A stretch of DNA of 56,552 bases, from contig MEDY01000174.1 of assembly GCA_001724265.1 (NCBI GenBank), positions 1 to 56,552 on the forward strand. Reading direction: 5' to 3'. The notes under the pieces were generated by a model. That model ran no database searches and was not told the DNA's origin. It saw only the letters and a list, made by a program, of their open reading frames with translations. The DNA comes from Rhizaria sp. SCN 62-66. Lineage: Eukaryota. Below, one piece after another: positions 34,600 through 46,000 of this stretch. The first letter of the stretch is position 1, and each line of letters begins with the position of its first letter. Both the position numbers and the translations under genes were made by a program.

Positions 34600-36681
34600 A
34601 TGAGTGACGCTGTGGCCACGAACAAGAAGGTGGTGCCCGTGCCTAAGTACATGTCGGTCATGTCCCCCGAGGGCTGGGCCCGCCAGGCGGGCCATGTCGC
34701 TGCAAACGGCAAGAACCTGCACTGGACCACCGACGCGTCGGTCGAGCTGCCTATCAAGCTCGGTCTGGACCCGGCGTGCATCAGCTCGCGCCCGCCCATG
34801 ACCGTCATGGAGCTCTTCGCCAAGACTGTGCAGGCGAACGGCAACGAGCCCGCGCTGCGCGTCAAGCGCTCTGGCGTGTGGCGCACGTGGACCTGGACCG
34901 ATTTCTGGCGCGACTGCGAGCGCTTTGCCAAGGCCGCCATTGCCACGGGCCTCCCGCGCCACGGCGGCACGTGCATCATCGGCTTCAACTCGCCCGAGTG
35001 GGTCATCGCCAACGTCGGCGCGATCCTCGCCGGCGGCATCGCGTCCGGTATTTACGCCACCAACGGCGCCGAAGCGACGTGGTACGTGGCCAACCACTCC
35101 GAGTCCGTTATCGCCGTTGCTGAGGACGCCGAGCAGGCCGCCAAGTTTATTGCCACGCGCGCGCGGCTGCCGCACCTCAAGACCGTCGTGCAGTGGACCG
35201 GCGAGCTCCCCGCCAACAACCCAGACGGGCTCGTTGTCTCCTGGGCGGATTTTCTGCGCCGCGGCGACGGCGTGCCCGCCGCAGCGCTGCAGGAGCGCGT
35301 GGCGTTCCAGAAGCCCGGCCACTGCTGCACGCTCATCTACACGTCCGGCACGACGGGCAACCCCAAGGCGGTGATGCTGTCGCACGACAACATCACGTGG
35401 ACGGCCACGGCCTCGCTCTCGCGCATCCCGTTCGCGGCCACGGACAAGGTCGTGTCTTACCTGCCGCTGTCGCATATTGCGGCCCAGATCATCGACCTCT
35501 ACCTGCCCATGGTCACTGGCGCCTCGGTGTCGTACGCGACCCCCGACGCGCTTAAGGGCTCGCTCGTCGACACGCTGTGCGAGGTTCGTCCCACCATCTT
35601 CTTCGGTGTCCCGCGCGTGTGGGAGAAGATCGAGGAGAAGATGAAGACGATGGCGGCCGGCAACGGCTTCCTTAAGCAGTGGCTTGGTTCCTGGGCCAAG
35701 GGCGTTGGTCTGCAGGGCAACGTCGCGCGCGTTAATGGCGAGCCGCTGCCGTGGGGGTTCTCCCTCGCCGAGAAGCTCGTTTTCTCTAACGTCAAGAAGG
35801 CGCTGGGACTGGACCAGGCGCGGCTCTGCGCCACGGCCGCGGCACCCATCTCGCGCGAGACGCTCGAGTACTTCCTGTCGCTGGACGTCATGATTCTCGA
35901 GATCTACGGCATGTCCGAGTCGACGGGCCCGCACACGATCAACATGCCTGACAACCTGCGCCTCTTCACCGTCGGCTCGCTCTTCCCGGGCGCGTTCCAG
36001 AAGCTGGACAACCCCGATGCCAAGGGCAACGGTGAGATCTGCTGCTGGGGCCGCCACATCTTCATGGGCTACCTCAAGGCTGAAGAGGCGACGGCGGCGA
36101 CGATCGACGCCGAGGGCTACCTGCACTCCGGAGACCTGGGCCGCTGCGACGCCGACGGCTTCCTCAGCATCACGGGCCGCATCAAGGAGCTGCTCATCAC
36201 TGCGGGCGGCGAGAATGTCGCTCCCGTCCCGATCGAGGACGCCCTCAAGGCTGAGCTGCCGCCGCTGTCCAACGTCGTCGTCATTGGCGACAAGCGCAAG
36301 TTCCTCTCTGCCGTGCTCACGTTCAAGACGGGCGTCGACGCAAACGAGAACCCTAACGGGAAGCTGGCCGAGCTTGCCGTCAACTGGTTCCGCGACAACG
36401 GCGTCGAGGGCGTCACCACGGGCACCACGGTCGCCGAGGCGCGCGCGATGCCTGCCGTGCAAAAGCTAATCGCCGAGGGCGTGGCGCGCGCTAACAAGGC
36501 CGCAGTGTCGCAGGCGCAGCGCGTGCAGCGCTGGTGTGTGCTCGACAACGATTTCGCCATTGTGACTGACGAGCTCACGCCGACGATGAAGGTCAAGCGT
36601 CGCGTCATTGTTGACAAGTTTGCAAAGGAGATCGAAGGCATGTATGCTGAGGGCGATGCCAAGCTGCCCGCCAAGCTCTAA
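34600..36681 (+). CDS. ACSBG: Long-chain fatty acid-CoA ligase, bubblegum (ACSBG) family
   Basis: AMP-binding LIYTSGTTGNPKAVMLSHDNITW, SYLPLSHIAAQ, GVPRVWEK, YGMSESTGPH, GEICCWGRHIFMGY, HSGDLG, ITGRIKELLITAGGENVAP, ELTPTMKVKR. Ends AKL (PTS1-like) then TAA. Confidence 0.93.
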   Translation: MSDAVATNKKVVPVPKYMSVMSPEGWARQAGHVAANGKNLHWTTDASVELPIKLGLDPACISSRPPMTVMELFAKTVQANGNEPALRVKRSGVWRTWTWTDFWRDCERFAKAAIATGLPRHGGTCIIGFNSPEWVIANVGAILAGGIASGIYATNGAEATWYVANHSESVIAVAEDAEQAAKFIATRARLPHLKTVVQWTGELPANNPDGLVVSWADFLRRGDGVPAAALQERVAFQKPGHCCTLIYTSGTTGNPKAVMLSHDNITWTATASLSRIPFAATDKVVSYLPLSHIAAQIIDLYLPMVTGASVSYATPDALKGSLVDTLCEVRPTIFFGVPRVWEKIEEKMKTMAAGNGFLKQWLGSWAKGVGLQGNVARVNGEPLPWGFSLAEKLVFSNVKKALGLDQARLCATAAAPISRETLEYFLSLDVMILEIYGMSESTGPHTINMPDNLRLFTVGSLFPGAFQKLDNPDAKGNGEICCWGRHIFMGYLKAEEATAATIDAEGYLHSGDLGRCDADGFLSITGRIKELLITAGGENVAPVPIEDALKAELPPLSNVVVIGDKRKFLSAVLTFKTGVDANENPNGKLAELAVNWFRDNGVEGVTTGTTVAEARAMPAVQKLIAEGVARANKAAVSQAQRVQRWCVLDNDFAIVTDELTPTMKVKRRVIVDKFAKEIEGMYAEGDAKLPAKL

Positions 36682-37084
36682 GTACGACGGTGAATGAATG
36701 CGTGGGTGAACTTCAGCGCAACGCAAAGTTTGATTAAACTTATTCCCTAAACTTCAATCAAAAATCAAAACTTTAATCTGTAAACAATGATGCAAACAAA
36801 TTATATCAAATGGTAACCTACATTATTCAAATAAATTCTATATTCATCGAATGATATTCTATAAAAACATCACGGAGAAACAAAACATTGTTGGTGTGAC
36901 ACAAAAGCATGTGTATAAGAGCAGAGCTGAAAGCAAAGTGCAACAAATGATTGTTTAAAAAACAACAACTTAGGACTAATTAATAGAATTAAATAGGGAG
37001 TTTCAACATTGGTTTCTTCGGGCGTTAGTTAGAGAAAGAACGGACGAATAAATTAGATTGGTGAACAAGCAAACGCAGAGCCGT

Positions 37085-40000
37085 TTACTTCTTCTTGCGA
37101 TCAGGGAGCTTGCGCGAAAGCGTGCTGCCATGCGCGGGCTGCGCACTGCGGGTAGCGAGCATCTCCAGGCCCTGAACAAAGAGCGATGGCGGCAGCAGCA
37201 GCAGCTCCAGGCGCTGCGCCTGCGAGGACGAGAGGAGTGGCAGCCCGGTAGCCGTCTCGCGCTTCAACACCAGTGCGTCGGTGCTCGCGTAGTCGAGCGA
37301 GCCGTCCGCGCCCAGCTGGACGCGCGGCATCGGCACCAGCGGCGTCAGGCGCGCCGCCTCAGCCGCGGAACTAGCCACCGCCGGCGTCGGGTGCATCGAG
37401 CGCAAGTTCCTGTCATACTGCGCGAGCGCGGCGTCGAGACTGGCGTCGCGCGCCTGCGCCGCGGGCGTCGGGCCCGTACTGAGGAGCACGTCGAACAGGC
37501 TGCCAAGCTTGAGACCAAAGGCCTGCACCATCGCCAGCGGCATCTGCTTCTGCACGTTGTCGCGCTGAAGTGCCTTGCCATTCGCGCTCACCGACACGGC
37601 CGCCGCGTGCAGCAGGCCCTGCATCGACGCGCGCATCGCGCACACGCGCGCGAACGTCGACTGCGCAGACGGTTGCTTCCGCAAAGCAGCCGTCGCCTCG
37701 GAGCTCGGCTCGACGCGAAGCTTGGAGAAGACGGGCAGCAGGGGCATGGAGCCCGTGACGGCGGGCACGGCCGAGAGCCAGGGCGAGAGGCGGATCAGCG
37801 GCTGCGTGTTGCTCGTGCGCCTGCGCACGGTGCGCGCGCTGGCGTTGGCGGAGCCGAAGGTGTGGAGCGAGACCGGATCTGCGGCGGCGGCCGTGGCGGC
37901 GGTGACTTCAGCACGCAGGGCAGTGAAGACGTTATCGATGTAGGCCGGCTGCAAGATCTTCGTCAGCATCGGCTCCCAGCGCGCGCGGTCGCGGGTCCGC
38001 AGCTCGGGGAGGATGATTCCGTTGATAAAGGCAGAGGAAGGCAGGTGGCGGTGGTAGTCGTACGCGAGAGCGCGTGTTGTCATCCCCTTAAGTGCAGACA
38101 GCGTTACAGGTGCGTGCGCCAACACACTTGCCACGGTGGACTGCGTCGCGCGCACGATAGGCCGAGACGGCAGCGCGAGGTTCTGCATCAGCAGACGGAT
38201 CGACATCGCCGTGCCCAGCGAGCCCAGCGGCACTGCCGGGCCGCCGATCGTGGCCGCAAGCGCGTCGCGCGCGTTATGCATGGGGTCGAGGCTCGCGAGC
38301 GTGCGCGCAAAGGACGGCGCGTCGCTGCGCACCGTGACAAGTCCCAAGAGCAGGCGCGACCAGTGCACTTCGGGCGCGCGCGCGCGCTGCGTCATGAACG
38401 TCGCTGAAGGGTTCTCTGGCAAGCCTAGTGCGTACGTCGCCTGGGGCGGAGGCAGTGCAGCACCTTGATCGTCACTGTAATACTCCTGGCGCTGCAAACC
38501 GCGCGTCGTGGCGCCCACGCCGCTCCCGCGGACCAGGGGTCCGAGAAGCATCGCCGTGAGCATCGGCGCCACGCGCACGCTGTCCGTCTCGGGCGCCACC
38601 GCGCTCTGACGCGGCGGCGCGGCGAACTGCAGCGAGTCGAGCCGCTGACGCAGCGCGCCACCCAGAGACAGTGGGACACCTGCCGCAGCACTCGCGCTCG
38701 GCGCCACAAGCGGCAGCACCATGGAGTCCGGCGTCGACAGCAGCGAGAGCGAGTTGTTGCCGGCTCTCGCAGGAGCGGCCGTCGCAGAGGCTGACGTCTG
38801 CTCTTCAGCGGCCTCAGCAGCCTCGATGAGCTCGGTGAGCGCGGCGCGGTGCCGCAGCCACGAGCGCACGAGCGCCGCAGCGGCGGGCGGAACGGCGATG
38901 CGCTGCTCAACGGGCGTATCAGGAGCGCCGGTGGTGGCACCCACACTGCCCTTGGGGGCGTACTCCGCGGGCACGTCGACGGCCGCGCGCAGACGCTTCA
39001 GGCGGCGCAGGCGGCGCATCATGGCGCGCGCAGCGGGGCCCTCGGGCGCTGCGGCTGACAGCGAGGCCTCCAGCTCGGACAGCAGCGCGTGGTGCAGCGC
39101 AACGCGCACACCTCCGCTGTTGGCAGCAGGGTTCTTCGCGCGCTGGCGTGCGCGTGCAGCGTCGTCATCGAGGATGGAGAACTTTTTGAGCATGGTGGCC
39201 AACCCGTCGTCCTGTTGCGCCGCGCGGTCACGCACGATGAATGTGGTGGCAGAGTCCAGGGTCTCGGTGAGGTCGAACAGACCGCTCGCGGCGCCCAGCA
39301 CGGACGCGGGCGGCGGCGTCAGCGCACGCCACTGCGGCGACAGCGCCAGCCACCGGCACGCCTCGAGCAGCAACATGATCGAGCGCCCCTGCCGCGCAGA
39401 AGGCGACAAACTCGAGACTTGGACGATACTGCGCACAGTTTCGGCGACGGTGGCCATGACGGAGTGGTCCGCGTGCGTGCGTGCCTGCGACTTGATCATC
39501 GACTGCAGCCAGTCGCTCACACGCGCGCCGCGCTGCTGCGCGTTCGCACTGGCACTGTGGGCGGAGGTGGAAAGCGCCGACTGCGTCGTCGACAGCGCAG
39601 CCGCAGCCGCCACGGCGGTCCACACCAGCGCGGGCGTGTCTTCCAGTGGCAGAACGGGCATCGTGAGCCATTCTTCCGCCGCAGCGCCGGGAGCAGCGCG
39701 TGCGACGTGCATTTCGCGCGGCGGCGGCGGCGGCACCATCGGCATCACCACGAGCTCGGGTGCGCCGCCCTTGATGGCGATACCCAACTCGCCCCTTAAA
39801 AGCGCGTCGTGTTCCTGTCCAACAGCCGTGCTACCAGCCGCCGAGACAGCGGCGACAGCGTCGAGGTCCTCGCACCATGCAGCGCCAAGCGCGCGCACTG
39901 CAACTGCGACTTCATCCGACGGCAGCACGTGCGCCAGTGCGGCGGTCAGACAGGGGTAGTCGGCCGGGTCCGCGCGCGCGCCGCCGTCAAGAGCGGCCGC

Positions 40001-43000
40001 GGCGGGCAGAGAGGTGTCGAGCCCCCACAGTGCGACCGCGGCGCGCGCCTCGGTAAGCGTGGCGGCGGTGGGTTCGATTGAGAGCAAAACCGACGCCGCG
40101 GGCAGCGCCGCGGCCGACGACGCAGAGAGCGCGCGAAGCGTGGCCGCGAGCGCGAGGTCGCGGCGCGCGGCCCACGCCTCCTCGTCGAGGTCGCCCAGGA
40201 CGCCTTCATTGTCGCGGCGCGGGGACACCACGGTGTAGCCGACGGCGTCGACGACGGCGCCGTGGTGCGCGGCCTCGCTGCGCAAGTGCGCGGTGGCGAT
40301 CGTGGTGGCATCGGTCAAGATCGTGCTCGACAGGTCAACGGGGCCCAGGAGTGCGTATGAGAGCGCGGAGATGGGCGCCGCGCCGGTCAGCGTGCGGCTG
40401 GATACCGTGCCGTCGGTCTCGCCGCTGTCGTCCGCCACAACGAGAGAGCCAGCGCCCGAGGCCTTGTCGCGCTCGGAGATGGGCGACATCTGCGGAAGAG
40501 TCGTCCGCTTCAGCCTATTGTCGCGCGCCATGGGGCCAACCGTGATGTCCGACACGCGCGGTGTGGTGACGTGCAGCGACTCCGAGAAAGACACCAGCGA
40601 CGAGTCCCACCGCGGCATCGGTCGCTGCCAGCTCTGCAGCGTCGGCACGGCGCGGCGGCCGGCAGCGGTGGCGCGGGAGCGGGCGGCCTCCTTGACCGAG
40701 GCGGCCTCCATGGCCATCACGGCGTCGGCCGACAGAATCGCGGCAGCGTCGCGGCGGCGGCGCGCCTGCACACGTAGCGCCGTGACGGCGGCGTCGACCG
40801 ACGTGGGCGCTAGCGACAGCGCCGGCACGGCCGGCACGACGAAGTTGCCGCCGCGCAGCGTCATGCGCACCGTCACAGCGCCGCTCGTCTGCAGCGCGTG
40901 CACGAGATTGGGGTCCTGGCCGCACGCCAGCAGCGTCTCGTCCTCGTCCCAAGTCCAGTTGGAGAAGCGGTACCGCGAGCCGGGAACGCGCAGCGCGTCT
41001 TGGAGCGCGAGCGCAGGCGACATCGCGAGCTCGTTCGCAGACGCGCGCTGCGCCAGCTTGAGCATATCGTGTGAGCGAGCTTCGTCTTCGTCCGCTGCGG
41101 CCAGCAGATAGCGCGCGAGCGCAACGCGCTGCAGCGACGCCATCCACGTGTGCGGCGGGGCCACCCCGGCAAGCATGATCGTCGGCTCGGCGTACCACAC
41201 GCCGGCCTGGCGCGCCCGGTGGCGGTGCGCCTCGCTTGACGAGTCGAGCTGCTCAGTGACAGCCATCGCCGCCGACACGCACAAGCGGTTCTCCCAGGGC
41301 ATCATCGCGGCGGCCAGATATTGGTCGTGCGAAACCAGCATCACGGGCGGCGCGCGCAGGTTCATGGGCTTCAGCAGGTCCTGCACCGCCGTCTCGGAGG
41401 GCGCGGCCGACATGATCTGCTCAGTGGGCACGCGGCTGTGAGTGCTCACCGTGGGCGGCTGCGGCGGGAACGAGGCCGCCACGACGGGAAAGCGCAGCTG
41501 CGCGAGCGCGTGCGCGGGCACTGGTGCGGGCGGCGCCGGCACCGCTTCCTTGCCGACGCGAACGGCCAGCGCAGTGGGCAGCGTGCCCGCGGAGACGAGC
41601 ATCGCCTGCACCAGGTCGCGGCGATTGATGTTCGCGTTGGCTGGACTAGAGGTCGTCGTCTGCGTCACAGTGAGCGGAATGGCGGCCGCGGAGTCCTCAA
41701 TCGCGTAGATGCTCGACATCACCGCGCCCCAGTCGTCGTCGAGCTCGGCCTCCGTCGCGCCAGCCTTGGTCCAGTCGTTGCTGTTGATGTTATTCTTCTT
41801 GCTCTCAGTCGCGGCGGATAACGCGGCGGCGGAGCGCTTCTGCTCAGTCTCGGCCGAAATATCAGCGGCGTAGCGCTTGTTGTGCGCGAGCTGGATGCGC
41901 GACGTGGCGCTGGCGATGGCGACGGAAAGCGCGCCGTGCGACAGCGACTGCGACGTCGCGCTCGAGGACAGCACCACCGACGGGTCAAACAGCGGTGCCA
42001 CGTGCGAAGAGCCCTGGCCAGTCTCGAGCATCGCGCCAGAGAGCAGCGAGCCCACGCCGTGGGCGCCCGCCGCGCGCACCGCAGCCGTGCCCGACACCAC
42101 GATGCCCATGGGCCCCACGCCCAGCGGTGTCGGCTGCAGCAGCTCGCCGATGTCGATCTCGTCTCCGTCATACACCGCGTCGGAGTCGCCGACACGCGAG
42201 TTTTCCGTGCCGCCATCCAACAACATGCCGGGCGCGGAGCCCGCGGTGTAGAGTTCGACGACGGTATCGCCACGCGCAGTGCTATCGTCGCCGTGGAGGC
42301 CGCGCCTCTTGCGGTCGCGGTCGCGGTCGCCGCTGTTGGTGTAGTTGCGGATGGCGGTGCGCAGCGTGACCGAGTACATGACACCGCCGTGCGACATTTC
42401 CAGACCAGGCGGCATCAGCGGCTCCAGCGCGGGGATACTGCGCAGTGACGAAAACATCTTGCGACGCATCATGACCACGGACCGCAACACACTGAAGTTA
42501 AGTCCCCAGGAACGCACGAATTGGTCGCGCGCACGGTTATCCCGCAACGCCAGGTAGTCGTGGACGAGATTGACGAGGGCTACGTGCTCCGAGCCCGAGT
42601 TCTGGGCATACAGCGCCAAGATGCGCGACATGCGCTGGCGGTCCGAGCCGCCACCCGGCGACGAGAGCGTGGACACGACGATCCCGGCGATGGTGGGGAC
42701 GAGCTGGTGCACGGCCACCGACGTCAGCGCCGGGTCGAGACAGCCCATGAGCAAGCCCGTGAGCAGTGCGCGCCCGTGCACGGCCTCAAGCGGCAGCGCA
42801 GCGAGCAGACGGCCCAGCGGGGTGAGGCGCTCCAGTCCGTCGAGCGCGGCGACCTGGCGCAGTGATGACACAGCCGCGGACACCACAGCCTCCGGCGGCG
42901 GGTCCAGCGCGCGAGCGAAGAAGTGCGACAGCTCACCGCGCAGGTCCCAGCGCCCACCGCCGTTGTGCAGCTCCACGTCGGCGTGCGCGGCGTCGTCCAA

Positions 43001-46000
43001 CCCGTCCTCATCCTCGTCGCGGTTCTCGGGCGCAGGCGCATGGTCGCCGTCGGCGTCGGGGTCTTCGTCGTGGAAGCCCGTCTGCTCGCGGCCGCCGTAG
43101 CGCGCGCTCGAGGCCGCGGCGGCCGCGGCGGCGACGTGCTTATTGCGGCGTGCGCGCAGCAGCGCGGGCGGCGGCGCCGACATGGCCTTGGCCGTGAGCA
43201 GCAATGCGTCGATGTTAGACGAGTGCAGCTCGGGGGGCCGCGACGCCGGCATCGAGGCGTAGAGCGCGCCGGTGAAGAGGCGGAAGCAGTAGCCGGGCTG
43301 CACGCGGCCCGCGCGGCCCGTACGCTGCAGCATGTTGGAGCGCGCGGTGAAGTCGGGCGAAAACGTCGTCATGTTCGACTCAGGGTGGTAGATCTTGTCA
43401 CGCGAAAGACCCAAATCGATGACATAGACGACGTCCTCGATCGTGATCGATGTCTCGGCTACGTTGGTCGACACGATGATCTTCCACTGCCCGTTCTCGG
43501 CGTCGGCGGGCGGGAACACGGCCTGCTGCGCCGCGCGCGACAGCATCGCGTGCAGCGGCAGCACGTTGAACCGCGTCTTGTCGCCGAACACGGGGTGCGC
43601 GCGCAGAGCTTCGACGATGAACGAGATGTACTCCCACGACGGCGCAAAGACCAGCACGGCGCCGTGCGGCAGCGACTGCTGCACGAAGCGCCGCACGTCC
43701 GCAGACGCCGGCGGCAGCCCTTCGGCGGCGATCTGCGCGCGCGCCTCTGCCACGGACTGCGGCAAGCCATTGCTACCGTTGTTGTTATTGCTGTTCTGCG
43801 TCTTCGCCAGCGCGTTCGGGTCGCCGCGCCCGCTCTTGGCGTCGCCACGGCCGCCCTTGCTCTTGGAAGCGTCGACCCGCGCCGACGCCGCCTCGGCCTC
43901 CTGCGCCGCGCGGCCGTACGACAACAGCATATCCGCGCGCGCGGCGCGGGCCGCGGCGTGCGCCTGCGCGGCGTGGCGATTGGCGCAGATGCGCTCGGCG
44001 GCGACGCGCGCGCGCAGCAGCTCGGTGCGCGAGAGAGCGAGCGGGTGCGCCGTGAGCAGCGCGGCCGACACGGCGGCCTCGCCGTCGACGGCCGCCGGGT
44101 GCGGCAGGACGGGCTGGCGCGGCAGCGGGCCGCGCAACGCGGCGGCGTAGGCGGCCGACAGCGGGAGCACGGCCTGCGAAAGCGCCTCGCGCTGCTCGGG
44201 CGACAGAGACGGCAGACCGCGGCCCAGCGCGGGCGCGGGGATGCCCGCCGGCAGCAGCTGCGCGGCCAGCGAGGGCGCCAGCGACGCCAGCGACTCCCAC
44301 TGCGCCATCTCGGGCATCACGTCGTCCATCGACTTGCTGTGCGGGGACGCGCCTTCCTCGGCGTCAGTGCGCGTGATAAAGCGCAGCAGACGCAGGATCA
44401 GCGGCAGCGCGGTTTCCTTCGCAGCCCTGACGTCGACGAGCTCGGCCGCGGCCGCGGAGAAGGGGTCGCACGCCTTGGTGTCACCGCGTGCGCGCGCCAT
44501 GGCGGCTGCGTAGTCGGCCTCGATGGCCGCGATGGCCGCCGCGAGCGACGCCGGCGTCGGCACTTCGTGCAACAGCGCAGCGGGGTCCTCCATCCCGCGC
44601 GACGGCAGTAGCGGCAGCAGCCCGGGCTCGCTCTCCGCGCGCGCGGCGCCGCTGCCGCTCGTGGTGCTCGGCGCGCCGCTCTCATGGTCGCTGCCGCCGA
44701 CGTTCGCTTGTACCGCGGCAGCGGCGCCGTCGGCCGCTTCGAGCTCGCTGCTGGACGAGTCCTCGTCAGCGTCGTCGCCGTCGTCCGACGCGCGCGTGCG
44801 TGAGTAGGCCATCGCGGCCACGGCGGCTTCCAGGCCGGCGTCGTCTTCGGACGCAGACGCGGCGCCGTCGTCACCGGCGTCGTCCAGGTCGTCACTCTTG
44901 CGCTTCGCAGCGTCGCCCGCCAGCGCGCTTGCGGCCGAGTCGTTACTCTCGGCCGCGTCGCCCGCCAGCGCGGCCTCGGTGTCGCTGGCGCCGGACGCGC
45001 CGCTGTTGGCAGCGGACTGCGGGGGCGCGACGGCATCCAGGTCCTTGTGGCCCGCGGAAAAGCGCGCGGCGCGCTGCACCAGAAGCGGCGGCAGCAGTCG
45101 GACCGAGTTTGTCCCGGCGGACAACGCGGCGGACGCGATGGCGGGCTCGGTGGTGCCCTCGAGCTCGAACGCGGGCGCAACCCAGGGCTGGTTAGCAAGA
45201 TCGATGTACGCGTCGATGCGCGCAAGCGCAGCCTGGGCGATTGCCAAGTCGCGGCGGCCCTGCACAACGGCGGCCTGCGTGATGGGCGCGTCGCCGTAGC
45301 CGACGAGCTCGGCCGTCTCGTGCAAGTGGCGCACCGAGACCGGGAACGTGCGGCCCTCGACCTCAATCACGGGCGCCACGAAACACGGCGTGTCGACGCC
45401 GTCGATTGGCACCATGAGCGCGCCAGAGCGCGTCACGTGCGCGGGCGGGGCAAGTGCGTCGACGGCGTGCAGCGCGGCTTCTGCGGCTTCGACGTCGCCC
45501 ACAGCGATGCGTGCGGCGGCCTCAGCCTCGGCGGCCTCGCGCGCAAAGTGCACGCGCCCGGCGTGCATGATGGCCTGCGTCGCCGCGGCCGTCACCTTGG
45601 GCTCGTTGAAGTAGGCCGCGTACTGCTCGGCGCTGATGGTTGCGGACATGAGCACGATCTTGAGGTCAGGCCGCAGGGCGTGCACGTTGCGCAGCAGCAA
45701 CAGCAGCAGGTCGAGATCCTTGCCGCGCTCGTGCACTTCGTCGATGACGAGGTGCGAGATGCCCGCCAGCGCCTTGGCCACGCGCTTGACCAGCGGTGAC
45801 GACGGCGCAGACCAGTACGCTTCGTCCTCGGGCCGCAGTACAGATTGTTCGGCCACTTCAGCGAGCGTCATCGTGACCGAGCTGCCCGCGCCCGCGTGGT
45901 CCGCAGCCACGGCCAGCGCAGCCAGATCGTCCAGCAGCAAATCAGCACTCCCCATCGTCGTGGCCGCAGCGTCTTCGCCGTCAGCGGAAACACTGTTGGA

